64,000 nucleotides of DNA, taken from Spirochaetota bacterium (GTDB lineage Bacteria; Spirochaetota; UBA4802; UBA5550). Shown piece by piece: positions 17,285 to 27,368 of this stretch. The translations under genes were made by a program, and so were the position numbers. Under the pieces are notes generated by a model. The model ran no database searches. It was given only the letters and a program-made list of their open reading frames with translations, and was not told the DNA's origin. Each line of letters begins with the position of its first letter. Position 1 is the first letter of the stretch. The stretch lies in assembly GCA_041749375.1 (NCBI GenBank), contig JBGTBN010000050.1, positions 6,789-70,788 of the forward strand, in the 5' to 3' direction.

Positions 17285-17770
17285 TCAGGTTTTTTTCATT
17301 TTATCGATGAGATCATAGAGCGTGAGCACGTGCTTTCGCTCTTCGTCAATGACCCTCTCCAGCATGTCCACGGCGGCGTGGTGCACGGGATAGAGACGTT
17401 TCATTTCGGTGTACAGCAGTATCGAATCCTTTTCAGCCACGAATGCGTGTTTTATCGCGTCCATCGGTGTTCCGATATCGCGGACAAACTCCCGCATGTT
17501 CCTGGAGTGGCGGTCGAACACTACTCCTCCGCCGATCGCCCGCAGGTAGGCATAATACTCTTCATTGAAAATGCCCTCTTCAATGGCTTCGGGGCGCCAC
17601 TGGAACGATTGAAAGAGTTCCCTGTGGACCAGCTCTTCTCGCGCGAGAAAGGAAAAAGTTTCCGTGATCGCGGCATCCTTGAAATGGTGGCCGCACTCAT
17701 CGTAAAAATCATGTCCCGCGTCTTCAAGCCTGACAGCTATATCGATGATTTCTTTAATGCTGTATGCCAT
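17285..17770 (-). CDS. Rubrerythrin-like ferritin-fold diiron protein (no rubredoxin domain)
   Basis: It has two ExxH motifs (REELVHRE, EERKHV) in a helical protein of about 160 aa. Confidence 0.75.
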   Translation of the reverse strand: MAYSIKEIIDIAVRLEDAGHDFYDECGHHFKDAAITETFSFLAREELVHRELFQSFQWRPEAIEEGIFNEEYYAYLRAIGGGVVFDRHSRNMREFVRDIGTPMDAIKHAFVAEKDSILLYTEMKRLYPVHHAAVDMLERVIDEERKHVLTLYDLIDKMKKT

Positions 17771-18146
17771 GGCAACGCCCCGAACCTGATTGGTATCATA
17801 CTTGAATTACAAACAAATATTCCTATTTGTCAAGTCAATATGAAATAAACTCTCGAATACATGTTCATACTGATGAAGAATTGAATACTTGATTTACCGA
17901 CCGAACGGACGTTATTTAAATTCTTGACATATTGGGCCAATTCCTGTTCGTTATACCTGTAGGGATGATAATCCTGCCTGGGCCTCCTGTAACAACAGAC
18001 CGGCATGGTTATCGACCATTAATGTAAGAGAACAAGTGTCTTTCAACGCAAGCAACACCGGAACAGGGAGGTTCCTTCAGCCATGCTGCATCTGTTTTCA
18101 CTGCGATTCCATACGAGATTGTTCCAGGCAGTAGCTACGATTCCAT

Positions 18147-19616
18147 GTGATGAACTACAGCAACCTTAAAAAAAGCGAGCTGGTTGACCTTGTCCGCAAA
18201 CTGGAGGGTCAGCTGGAGGAGCTGAAGGGTAAAGAACGGCTCAGCTCCCTGCTTGACAACGTCAGGACTATCGTCGTGGTCACTGACCGGGAGGGCATGC
18301 TCCATTACACCACGCCCTCATTCGAGTGGACGCTTGGGTACGACAGCCCGGACCTGAGGCAGGCCAGGTTTATTGATTTCATCCATCCCGAGGACAGGAA
18401 GCGGGTGGGAGAAGTTTTTCGCCTGGTGCTGACCTCGGACGGATCGTCGCTTATTTTCCCGGAGTTCAGGTTTCAGCACAAGCGGGGGGCATGGATCTAC
18501 CTGGAAGGGGACATCACGAACCAGATGCATGATGCCTCCCTCAAGGGGCTGATTCTCAACCTCTACGACGTGACCCAGCGCAAGCTCTTCGAAGTCGATT
18601 ACGCCCGTCTCCTCGGCGCCATCAGGATCTCCACCGACAGTTTTCTACTGAGCGACAACGAGGGTAATATCATCTTCGTTAACGATGCCACCATGAAGCT
18701 CCTGGAATCCTCCTCCAAAAACGAGATAATCGGCAGGAACATCACGTCTTTCATAAGCGATGAAGAGTTCAACGAGCTGAGCACCGCCGTACGCTCCAAC
18801 CAGGGCCAGATCAAGAGTGTGGAGCACCGGTTTCTGACCGCCGTGGGACGGACCATCCCGGTCGAGTCCAGCATCGCCGTTATGAAGGACAGTGACCGCC
18901 AGGACATCGGTCTCGTCTATATCACGCGGGACATTACCGAGCGGAAGAGGGTCGAGGCCGAAATCATCCAGTACCGCTACCACCTGGAGGAGATCGTCGA
19001 GGCCCGCACCGCCGAGCTCAACCAGAGCATGGGCAAGCTCCGGACGACCCTGGACGGCATTGTCGTTTCGATGGGCTATGCGCTTGAGTCGAGGGACCAG
19101 TACACGGCCGGCCACCAGCACCGCGTGGCTGAGGTCGCCTCGGAGATAGCCCGGGTCATGGGCCTTCCCGATCACACGATAGAGGGGATCCGGATGGCGG
19201 GCCTGATCCACGATATCGGCAAGATCTACGTGCCATCGGAAATACTGAACAAGCACGGCAAGCTCGATGAGGTCGAGTTCATGCTCATCAAGAAGCACCC
19301 GCAGGTGGGATATGACATACTGAAATCGATCGACTTTCCGTGGCCGATCGCCGAGATCGTGTACCAGCACCATGAAAAGCTGAATGGTTCGGGCTACCCG
19401 CGGGGGCTGAAGGACGGGGATATTCTGCTCGAGGCGAAGATCATCTGCGTCGCGGACGTCATAGAGGCGATGACGATCGACAGGCCGTACAAGGGCGGCG
19501 TGGGTATCGAGGGCGCTCTTGAGGAGATCGGGATGAACAGGGGAGCGCTCTATGACCCGGCGGTCGTTGATTCCTGCATGAAGCTGTTCAAGGAAAAAGG
19601 CTACCGGTTCACCTAG
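18147..19616 (+). CDS. PAS-PAS-HD-GYP domain protein (putative c-di-GMP phosphodiesterase)
   Basis: HDIGKIYVP and HHEKLNGSGYPRGL are the HD and GYP motifs. Two PAS-like segments and a coiled coil lie N-terminal to them. Confidence 0.9.
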   Translation: MMNYSNLKKSELVDLVRKLEGQLEELKGKERLSSLLDNVRTIVVVTDREGMLHYTTPSFEWTLGYDSPDLRQARFIDFIHPEDRKRVGEVFRLVLTSDGSSLIFPEFRFQHKRGAWIYLEGDITNQMHDASLKGLILNLYDVTQRKLFEVDYARLLGAIRISTDSFLLSDNEGNIIFVNDATMKLLESSSKNEIIGRNITSFISDEEFNELSTAVRSNQGQIKSVEHRFLTAVGRTIPVESSIAVMKDSDRQDIGLVYITRDITERKRVEAEIIQYRYHLEEIVEARTAELNQSMGKLRTTLDGIVVSMGYALESRDQYTAGHQHRVAEVASEIARVMGLPDHTIEGIRMAGLIHDIGKIYVPSEILNKHGKLDEVEFMLIKKHPQVGYDILKSIDFPWPIAEIVYQHHEKLNGSGYPRGLKDGDILLEAKIICVADVIEAMTIDRPYKGGVGIEGALEEIGMNRGALYDPAVVDSCMKLFKEKGYRFT

Positions 19617-21088
19617 CCCTTCCAGCTGGCGACCGCCTCGACGATAAGCCGCACACCGAAGCCGGTTGCGTTCTTGGGCCGGTAACTCCGCGGCTTGGAA
19701 TTCCGCGCCGTGCCGGCGATATCGATATGGGCCCATTTCTTCGTTTTTACGAACTTCTTCAAAAACATCCCGCCCATGATGGTCCCCGAATTTTTCTCGG
19801 CCGAAATATTGCTGATGTCCGCGATGTCGGACTTTAAATTTTCCTCGTAATCCCTGTGCAGGGGAAGCCTCCAGATGACCTCGCCGGTCGCGTTGCCTGC
19901 ATCCTCCAGGAGGCGGCCCAGAGCATCGTCAGTGGTAAGGTATCCGGCCACGATCTCACCGAACGTAACCACGCAGGCTCCGGTCAGGGTCGCGATGTCG
20001 ACGATGCATTCGGGTCTCAGGCGCTTTTCGGTGAAGGCGATGGCGTCCGCGAGGATGAGTCGGCCCTCCGCGTCGGTATTGCCGATCTCCACCGTGGTGC
20101 CGTCGTACGCGGTGAACACGTCGCCGGGGCGGTAGGAGTCGTTCGAAAGCATGTTCTCGGTCAGGGGCAGCACTGCGTAAACGTTTTTCGGCAGCTTCAG
20201 CTCGGCGACCGCCTTAAGGGTGAACATGGCCGCCGCGGCGCCGGCCATGTCGGTGCGCATGTCCTCGATGTGGCCGGACGGCTTGAGGTTCATGCCGCCC
20301 GAGTCGAAGGTGATGCCCTTCCCGATGATCGAGAAAAATTTTGTGCTCCGGGGATTGCCCCGGTACGCGAGCACAACGAGGGCTGGCGGCCGCCGGCTTC
20401 CCTTGTTGACCGCCAGCAGGAGGCCCATCTTCATCTTCTCTATCTCTTTCTTGCCGTACACGGTGCAGGTAACGCCGGGCAGTCTGCCCAGTGTCCGCGC
20501 CTCGCGGGCAATGCCGAGCGGGTCCGACTTTTCACTGATCTCGTTGATGAGGTCGCGGCAGAGCAGGGTGTTGCGTGAGACGATCCCGACCTTCTTCAGT
20601 ATCGATGCGGCTTTTTTCTCCCCGGTAAGGAAGACAGCGCTTTTCAGGAGGACTTTCCCGTTATCGCCGCCGGCGGTTTTGTATTTGTTATAGCTGTAAT
20701 TTGACAGGATGAGTCCCTCTGCAACGGACTCGAGGACGCTGGCGCCGTCAAGGCCTTTGACCTGCGGCAGGAGCACGGTCACGGAGGTGATGGACCTGTC
20801 GCGGCAGAGACCGGTCGCAACGGAAGCGGAGCGGCGCAGGGATTCCATGTCGATCTCGTCCGCTTTGCCGAGGCCGCAGATGATGACCGCCGGCGTGCCG
20901 GCGAGAGGGATGAACATGGCTTCGGAACTTTTGCCCTTGAAGCGGGACAGGTCGACGCGGCCGGTGAGAAACGAGAGTTCAACCGGTATGGGGGTGCCGC
21001 GTTTCGGATCTTCCCGCTCGGGCAGGAAGAGTAGTATGGTCTCGGATTTTCTAATGCCGGTTACGGCGCTTCGTGTCGTCAGGTTCAT
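19613..21088 (-). CDS. pepA: Leucyl aminopeptidase (M17 family)
   Basis: NTDAEGRLILADA is the M17 signature. AGGAGG RBS is present. Confidence 0.9.
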   Translation of the reverse strand: MNLTTRSAVTGIRKSETILLFLPEREDPKRGTPIPVELSFLTGRVDLSRFKGKSSEAMFIPLAGTPAVIICGLGKADEIDMESLRRSASVATGLCRDRSITSVTVLLPQVKGLDGASVLESVAEGLILSNYSYNKYKTAGGDNGKVLLKSAVFLTGEKKAASILKKVGIVSRNTLLCRDLINEISEKSDPLGIAREARTLGRLPGVTCTVYGKKEIEKMKMGLLLAVNKGSRRPPALVVLAYRGNPRSTKFFSIIGKGITFDSGGMNLKPSGHIEDMRTDMAGAAAAMFTLKAVAELKLPKNVYAVLPLTENMLSNDSYRPGDVFTAYDGTTVEIGNTDAEGRLILADAIAFTEKRLRPECIVDIATLTGACVVTFGEIVAGYLTTDDALGRLLEDAGNATGEVIWRLPLHRDYEENLKSDIADISNISAEKNSGTIMGGMFLKKFVKTKKWAHIDIAGTARNSKPRSYRPKNATGFGVRLIVEAVASWKG

Positions 21089-21181
21089 GGGGCCCTCCTT
21101 GATTGTACCGTTATGGACCGGGACGCCTATTGATTCAAGGATTATTTTTACGCGGGCCCGGTTCCGTGAGGGGCGCCTGCT

Positions 21182-23278
21182 TCAGGGCACGACGCTGAAA
21201 TCTATGAACATGCGGTCAACGTCCACGGCCGCAAGCTTCACCCTGATCGCGTCGCCGATCCGGAAGCGCTTGCCGTAGCGCTTGCCGATGACCGTGTAAT
21301 CGTCCTCCTTGACGAGGTAGTAATCGTCGGTCAGCGCCCTGAGCGGCACCATCCCTTCAACAGGGATCTCGTTCAGGGTGACGTAGAAGCCGTACCGGCT
21401 GACGCCGCTGATGACCCCGGCGAACAGCTCGCCGACCCTGCTCTTAACGACCCGGCAGGCCTTGATCCTGTCGAAGTCCCGCTCCGCCGACTGGGCGACG
21501 CGCTCCTTCTCCGAGCTCCGGTCGCCGATGGTGACGAGCTCGTCGCGGGTGTAGGGGGGCTTTTTCCGGTCGATAAGGGTCTTCAGGCACCGGTGCACCA
21601 CAAGGTCCGGGTAGCGACGGATGGGAGAGGTAAAGTGAGTGTAGTCCTTGAAGCCGAGGCCGAAATGCCCAACCGGCTCTTCGCCGTAATAGGCCTGCAT
21701 GAGCGATTTCAGTATGACCAGGTTGACAACGTGCTCGAACTCCTTACCAGCCACGCGCGCGAGGACCTCCTGGAGGTGCGCCCCGATGTCTCCGGAGGGC
21801 TTGAAGGGGATGCGAAGCTGCTTCAGGAAATCCTTCAGCTTGAGTAGAGAGTCCGGGCTTATCTCCTCGTGTATGCGGTAGAGGGTCGGGATCTCATGCT
21901 CGCGGAGGACACGGGAAACCGCGACGTTGGCGGCAAGCATGAATTCCTCAATAATATTATTGCTGCGAAGCCGGTCCGCGTATCTGATGGCGACCGCCAC
22001 GCCGTTCTCGTACACGAGCTCGGTGTTCGTAAGGGCCAGCTCCAGGCCGCCCTGGCTCATGCGCTTGCCATGGAGGAGGTTGGCCAGCTCCTGCATGAGG
22101 CGAAGCGTGTCGCCCAGCGGGCCACGCTCGTCCGCGGTGAGCATCCGCTCTACCAGGTTGTAGGTGAGGCGGCGGTCCACCCGGATGCGGCCGCGGGTGA
22201 ACTTCTGACCGATCACCGTGCCGGACGCGTCGATCTCCATCTCCACGGACATTGTGAGGCGGTCGAGCCCCTCGCGCAGAGAGCAGAGGTCGTTGGAAAG
22301 GGCCTCGGGCAGCATGGGGATGACATGCGCGCCTATGTAGTAGCTGGTGCCGCGGGATAGCGCCTCGCGGTCGATGGAGGAACCGGGCGTGACGTAGGAC
22401 GACACGTCGGCGATATGGACATACAGGGTATAGCGGCCGCCTTTTTTCGTGATGGAGATGGCGTCGTCGAAGTCCTTGGCCGTATCCCCGTCAATGGTTA
22501 CGGTGAAGATCCCGGTGTAGTCGGTGCGGGGCGCCGTGTCGGAGGAGCTGAATTCTGCGCCCTCTGCGCCCGGGTACGGGGTCCCGGGGTCCGGAAGCGA
22601 GTGCCGGTTGATGACACGGACGAGGTCGTACCGTTCGTCATCGGGAGTGAAGGCCTCGACCAGGGAGCAGCGCTGGCGTTTTCGGTAGAGGCCGTCCTCC
22701 AGCATTATGAGGGCGATATGGCCCGGTTTCAACTGCTCGTCAGGGGGCGGGGAGGCGGCCTCCCTGCCGCCCGGCACATCGAGCAGGAGGTAGACCACCT
22801 CAGCCTGCGTCGCCGAGACAACCCGGGCGAAACAGGTCTTTTTTTCACGACTGAGGACCGATTCGACCACGCCGACCGCGCGGCCGTTCTTGAAATCGGT
22901 TATCCGCACCGATACCCGGTCCGTGTCGTTCGCGCCGGAGATGTCTTCTCTTCTTATTATAATCTCGTCGTCGTAGATGGTGGTGACGATCGCGTTCCCG
23001 GTGCTGTTGGCCCTGAGCATGCCTTCCACCCTGAAGGGGTGGATTCGAATGAACCGGCTCCTCTCTCTCTTGAGAAAAAGGGCCTCGACGAGACCGTCGA
23101 GTGTGGCCTCGATGACAGAGAGGTCCTGCTCCGGGGAACGCCGCTTCGACCGGGAATGTTTCCCTTTACCGCGGGTAGCCGGCCCCTGCTTGATGAGTTC
23201 GGCCAGTATCTCTTTCCTGGTAAAGGCTCCGGATTGTGAGCTGATGAATGAAATAACGTGCTTAGAGGTAACCGCCAT
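21182..23278 (-). CDS. rnr: Ribonuclease R (RNB family 3'-5' exoribonuclease with C-terminal S1 domain)
   Basis: The RNB core contains TIDGDTAKDFDDAIS and HFGLGFKDYTHFTSPIRRYPDLVVHR. The C-terminal S1-like region contains GVISGVSRYGFYVTL. Confidence 0.9.
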   Translation of the reverse strand: MAVTSKHVISFISSQSGAFTRKEILAELIKQGPATRGKGKHSRSKRRSPEQDLSVIEATLDGLVEALFLKRERSRFIRIHPFRVEGMLRANSTGNAIVTTIYDDEIIIRREDISGANDTDRVSVRITDFKNGRAVGVVESVLSREKKTCFARVVSATQAEVVYLLLDVPGGREAASPPPDEQLKPGHIALIMLEDGLYRKRQRCSLVEAFTPDDERYDLVRVINRHSLPDPGTPYPGAEGAEFSSSDTAPRTDYTGIFTVTIDGDTAKDFDDAISITKKGGRYTLYVHIADVSSYVTPGSSIDREALSRGTSYYIGAHVIPMLPEALSNDLCSLREGLDRLTMSVEMEIDASGTVIGQKFTRGRIRVDRRLTYNLVERMLTADERGPLGDTLRLMQELANLLHGKRMSQGGLELALTNTELVYENGVAVAIRYADRLRSNNIIEEFMLAANVAVSRVLREHEIPTLYRIHEEISPDSLLKLKDFLKQLRIPFKPSGDIGAHLQEVLARVAGKEFEHVVNLVILKSLMQAYYGEEPVGHFGLGFKDYTHFTSPIRRYPDLVVHRCLKTLIDRKKPPYTRDELVTIGDRSSEKERVAQSAERDFDRIKACRVVKSRVGELFAGVISGVSRYGFYVTLNEIPVEGMVPLRALTDDYYLVKEDDYTVIGKRYGKRFRIGDAIRVKLAAVDVDRMFIDFSVVP

Positions 23279-23286
23279 GGGACAGA

Positions 23287-23637
23287 CTACTGATCGCCCC
23301 CGTCCGGTTTTTTCTGCTGCTTGGATTCCAGTTTTTGCTTCGCTTCCGCTTTAATTTTTTCGATTTCCAGTTTTTTCTCTTCTATGCTTTTCTTGTAACC
23401 CGCGACCCTGTCACGCAGCTCCTTCACCTTCTGATCGGAAGTACTGACAGATGTCGCTCCTCCGTCAATTTGCGAGATCACATGGCGTCCCAGCTCTTTC
23501 TCCGCTATTCCCTGATCGATTCCGATCCGCTTGATGTCAAGGTTGAGCTTCGCGATCTTCGCGAGCTCCTCGGTCTTATTGACGATGATCTCGCCGTATT
23601 TGGCGAGCGTGTCGCCGGTGTCCTTGATTATTCCCAT
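23287..23637 (-). CDS. Hypothetical coiled-coil protein
   Basis: AAGGAGA RBS precedes ATG 23637 (MGIIKDTGDTLAKYG...). The C-terminus is Lys/Glu-rich. I recognised no family motif. Confidence 0.55.
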   Translation of the reverse strand: MGIIKDTGDTLAKYGEIIVNKTEELAKIAKLNLDIKRIGIDQGIAEKELGRHVISQIDGGATSVSTSDQKVKELRDRVAGYKKSIEEKKLEIEKIKAEAKQKLESKQQKKPDGGDQ

Positions 23638-23665
23638 GGTCGTCTCCTTGCGATATGATAGTATG

Positions 23666-23694
23666 TAGATACTAAATACACCGGCAATTGTCAA
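23666..23694 (-). promoter_or_regulatory. Candidate promoter (TTGACA-17-TATCTA) for the hypothetical-rnr pair
   Basis: Minus strand: TTGACA attgccggtgtatttag TATCTA, just downstream of the preceding terminator. Confidence 0.4.
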
Positions 23695-23704
23695 TAGAAA
23701 TTGA

Positions 23705-23739
23705 TAAAAAAAGCCCGCGCACTGTTACGCGGGCTTTTC
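23705..23739 (-). terminator. Intrinsic terminator after the FabK-like gene
   Basis: The 8-bp stem AGCCCGCG/CGCGGGCT (23712..23735) is followed on the minus strand by T7. Confidence 0.7.
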
Positions 23740-23745
23740 TGTTTC

Positions 23746-24780
23746 TCAAAGCTTCGTGGCCAGTTTTTTCTGCGCCACTTTCGCTTCGCTGACTATGCGT
23801 TCTATGATTTGCTTGACTGCAGGCGTGTCATGGATGATCCCGCTCACCTGACCGATGGGTAGAACGCCTTTGTCGTTGTCGCCGTCCATCGTCCCGACCT
23901 GGAAGGCGAAAAAGCCGTTCGCCATGCGGGCCATCTGCAGTGCTTTCTTCGGCCCCATGAGCATGATGCCGACCATGACCTTGAGCCAGGGCATGCCGAC
24001 AATGCCTGCTATCTTCTTCGAGAGGAACGCCGCGTTGATCAGGTTGAGCCTCTTTTTTATGATCCGCTCGGAGCCTTTGGACTTCATGACGCGCGCATAC
24101 AGGCCGTCGACCTTGTTCGTGTACACGGTCTGGAACGCGTCGATCTCGTTGCTCATGGCTTTCTGTGACGCGTGCACGGGGCTTTCCTTCGAGTTCATGA
24201 AGCGGGTCCCCATGGCGATGGCATCGGCTCCGATCAGCAGGGCCGCGGCGAGGCCGCGCCCGTCGGCGAAACCGCCGGCCGCGATGATCGGGATCTTCAC
24301 CCCGTCGGCAAGCGTGGGGACCAGGACCAGGGAGGTCACATCGCCGCCGTGGCCAGCGGCCTCGTGGCCGGTAACCAGGAGGGCGTCCGCGCCGTCCTTC
24401 TGCGCCGCCAGCGCGTGTTTCATGGTTGTAACCGTTGCGATGACCTTGCCGCCGTAGGCATGCACGGCCTTGCATATCCAGTCGCCTTTGCCGAGCGAGT
24501 AGTTGACGACCGGGACTTTTTCCTCGATGAGCACCTTTGCATTCTGTTCGGCGCCGGGGAAATAGAGCGTGACGTTGGCGGCGAAGGGGTTCTTCGTGAG
24601 CGTGCGCGTCCGCTGTATGTATTCCCGCGTTTCCTCGGGCTTGAGTATGCCCGTCGCCAGTATGCCGAGCCCGCCCGCGTTTGCGACCGCGGCGACCAGC
24701 TCGGGAGTGCTGATCCAGCTCATGCCGGAGAGCACGATCGGGTACTTGATGCCGAATAGCTTCGTAATTTCAGTTTTCAT
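23746..24780 (-). CDS. Nitronate monooxygenase / enoyl-ACP reductase II (FabK-like) FMN TIM-barrel protein
   Basis: The N-terminus LFGIKYPIVLSGMSWISTPELVAAVANAGGLGILA and the motif GHEAAGH are typical of the NMO/FabK family. GGAGGAA RBS is present. Confidence 0.85.
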   Translation of the reverse strand: MKTEITKLFGIKYPIVLSGMSWISTPELVAAVANAGGLGILATGILKPEETREYIQRTRTLTKNPFAANVTLYFPGAEQNAKVLIEEKVPVVNYSLGKGDWICKAVHAYGGKVIATVTTMKHALAAQKDGADALLVTGHEAAGHGGDVTSLVLVPTLADGVKIPIIAAGGFADGRGLAAALLIGADAIAMGTRFMNSKESPVHASQKAMSNEIDAFQTVYTNKVDGLYARVMKSKGSERIIKKRLNLINAAFLSKKIAGIVGMPWLKVMVGIMLMGPKKALQMARMANGFFAFQVGTMDGDNDKGVLPIGQVSGIIHDTPAVKQIIERIVSEAKVAQKKLATKL

Positions 24781-24800
24781 TCAGTTCCTCCGCCGGTATC

Positions 24801-25952
24801 CTAGTATTCACGCAGCACGTTGCTGGCGATGACGAGCCGCTGTATCTCGGACGTTCCCTCGTATATCTCGGTGATCCGGGCGTCGCGGTAGAACCGCTCG
24901 ACCGGGTAGTCCTTCACGTAGCCGTAGCCCCCGAAAATCTGGATCGCCTTGTGCGTGGCGCGGTGCGAGGTCTCGGACGCGAAGAGCTTCGCCATGGCTG
25001 CGTACTTGGAGTAGCGCTGGCGGTCGCCGGTCCCGATGAGGGACGCCGCCTGGTAGACCAGGAGGCGGGACGCCTCGATCTCGGTGGCCATGTCGGCGAT
25101 CATCCACTGCAGCGCCTGGTTGTCGGAGATCGGCTTTCCGAACTGCTTGCGGTCCTTCGCGTACACAACCGCGGCGTCAAGCGCGGCCTGCGAGATTCCG
25201 ACCGCCTGTGCGGCGATCCCGACCCGGCCGCCGTCGAGCGTATGCATGGCGATCTTGAAGCCGTCACCGCGCTTCCCGATCATGTTGCCTTCCGGAATCT
25301 TGCAATTGTCAAATACGAGCTCGGTCGTGGAGGAGGCGCAGATCCCGAGCTTGTCCTCGGTCTTGCCTACGCTGAAGCCGGGGGTCCCTTTCTCGATAAG
25401 GAAGAAGCTCAGCCCCTTATGGCCGATCCCCTTGTCCGTAATGGCCGTGACGACAGCGACCTGCGCCGGGCCGCCGTTGGTGATGAAGTTCTTGGTCCCG
25501 TTGAGGACCCAGTTGCCGTTTTCCAGCACGGCGGTCGTCTTGGTGCCCGCAGCATCGGAGCCGGCTTCCGGCTCGGTAATGCCGAAGCAGCCTATGTACT
25601 CGCCGGTTGTCAGTTTGGTCAGGTATTTCTGCTTGAGCTCTTCGGAGGCGAAATAATAAATGGGTGAAAGACAGAGCGAGTTATGGGCTGAAACGATGGT
25701 GCCGGTCGCAGCGTCGCCCCGCGACACCTCTTCGACTGCGATCGCGTAGCTCACGTAGTCCATGCCGGCCCCGTTGTACTTGTCCGGGTATACGATACCC
25801 ATGATCCCCATTTCTCCGAGCTTCTTGACATGCTCCATTGGAAACTCGTGGGTCCTGTCATAGTGCTCGGCCTTCGGCTTGAGCTCGTTCTCGGCGAATT
25901 GCCGGACGGTATCTTTTAACATCTGCTGTTCTTCGGTAAGTTTAAAATCCAT
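24801..25952 (-). CDS. Acyl-CoA dehydrogenase (short/butyryl-chain type)
   Basis: MDFKLTEEQQMLKDTVRQFAENE..., GCFGITEPEAGSDA and QIFGGYGYVKDYPVERFYRDARITEIYEGTSEIQRLVIA are ACAD signature blocks. Confidence 0.92.
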   Translation of the reverse strand: MDFKLTEEQQMLKDTVRQFAENELKPKAEHYDRTHEFPMEHVKKLGEMGIMGIVYPDKYNGAGMDYVSYAIAVEEVSRGDAATGTIVSAHNSLCLSPIYYFASEELKQKYLTKLTTGEYIGCFGITEPEAGSDAAGTKTTAVLENGNWVLNGTKNFITNGGPAQVAVVTAITDKGIGHKGLSFFLIEKGTPGFSVGKTEDKLGICASSTTELVFDNCKIPEGNMIGKRGDGFKIAMHTLDGGRVGIAAQAVGISQAALDAAVVYAKDRKQFGKPISDNQALQWMIADMATEIEASRLLVYQAASLIGTGDRQRYSKYAAMAKLFASETSHRATHKAIQIFGGYGYVKDYPVERFYRDARITEIYEGTSEIQRLVIASNVLREY

Positions 25953-26293
25953 GATGCACCTCTCCAGGAAAGATTATGATTGCCGTTCAATCCCCTCCAT
26001 GACCGGTGACTGACCGGGCGGCTTTTGTATTCGGGCCGGATCCCGGACTCTCTGACGCGATAATGTCGCGAGGGAATGGCTTGTAAGTCAATTTTTACTA
26101 TCTTTTATCTGTGTGTTTTTTGTCAAGGCGAATAACAATAGCCCGGGACAAGATTTACCGGTGATTCACCAAAATTATCTTGAAAATTATCATGCCCTTG
26201 ATTCTAATCGCATAGTACGGCTGCACGGGCCGGCATTATAAAACTCAATACAATCCGTCCCGTATGACATGGGGCGGTCGCGGGCGAGGCGAC

Positions 26294-27364
26294 ATGAAGA
26301 AATGGCTGATTTTGCTTGTTTTCCCACTGGTTCTGACAGACTGTTCATTCTGGAAGTCGACCACTTTAAACCCGAAAAGGGTAGCTTTTATTCGTAACGG
26401 TACCAAGCCGGGCAACGTATTGATAAAAACCGACGAATACGGCCTGGAGGACCTCTCTGTCGGAATCAGCCTGTATGATAACAACATATGTGTGGCTGAC
26501 AACGAGCTTCGGCGCTTACAGGTCATGAAACCAAACGGCGATGTCGAGCTTATCATCGGTACAATTAAAAATTTAAACACGAAGGATATCACGGCTGAAA
26601 GCTTCAATTTCGGCACCATCGGCAATATCGCGATGGATGAGGACAACAATATCTACGTGCAGAATAAGTTCTCACAGATACGGGATTCGAAAACCCGGCA
26701 TGACGCAGGGACGGACAGCATCGATTTTTCGCCGTCGTACATCCTGGTCTTCAACAAGGCCGGAGAGCTGCAGTACACACTTGGCCAGAAGGGGACGCCC
26801 GACACGCCGCTGTACCATATCGAGCGGCTTGTCGTGGATTCAAAGAACAGGTTGTTCGTGATTACACGATCGTCGGACTCGTGGACCATCTACCGCTTTA
26901 CCGGTAAGAACCGAGATTATTACAACAACCTGAATACGCTCGAGTTCAAAGACCGCGAAGAAAACAACGTGTATGAGGGCAAAATCGACAACATCAAGGT
27001 ATTCAGCAACGGAGAGACGCTCCTCATCTCCGTTTCCTATTATCATGGCACCAGGTTGAAGTACATCAAGATCTTCGAGTTTTCGATAGGTGACGGAAGG
27101 ATAGAGAAGACCATCATGGAAATCCCGGACCCGAAGAACGTGCTATTCGATATAATCGATGATAAATACATATACCTGTGGAACGTCAGCAATGACGAGG
27201 CGAAGTTCGAGGTCGCGAACCTGGACGGCAACATAATCAATAACGTGTACATGAACATGAAAATCAAGCGCAATTACTACTCGAGGATACTGCTCGATGA
27301 ATCGGGCACAATATACTCCTACCACGTGCAGAAGAGCGGTATTGAAATAATGAAATGGGAGTAA
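26294..27364 (+). CDS. Hypothetical lipoprotein (possible beta-propeller-like repeats)
   Basis: MKKWLILLVFPLVLTDCS is a signal peptide plus lipobox. The gene is AT-richer than its neighbours. I recognised no catalytic motif. Confidence 0.65.
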   Translation: MKKWLILLVFPLVLTDCSFWKSTTLNPKRVAFIRNGTKPGNVLIKTDEYGLEDLSVGISLYDNNICVADNELRRLQVMKPNGDVELIIGTIKNLNTKDITAESFNFGTIGNIAMDEDNNIYVQNKFSQIRDSKTRHDAGTDSIDFSPSYILVFNKAGELQYTLGQKGTPDTPLYHIERLVVDSKNRLFVITRSSDSWTIYRFTGKNRDYYNNLNTLEFKDREENNVYEGKIDNIKVFSNGETLLISVSYYHGTRLKYIKIFEFSIGDGRIEKTIMEIPDPKNVLFDIIDDKYIYLWNVSNDEAKFEVANLDGNIINNVYMNMKIKRNYYSRILLDESGTIYSYHVQKSGIEIMKWE

Positions 27365-27368
27365 CCCC

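Noticed and set aside
18645-19736. A 363-aa minus-strand ORF across the PAS/HD-GYP gene
   Set aside because: It is a shadow ORF. The plus-strand frame carries the HD and GYP motifs and PAS domains. The same reasoning applies to 27965..28897, 32711..33661, 6324..7193, 43145..43921, 23828..24475 and 24951..25667.
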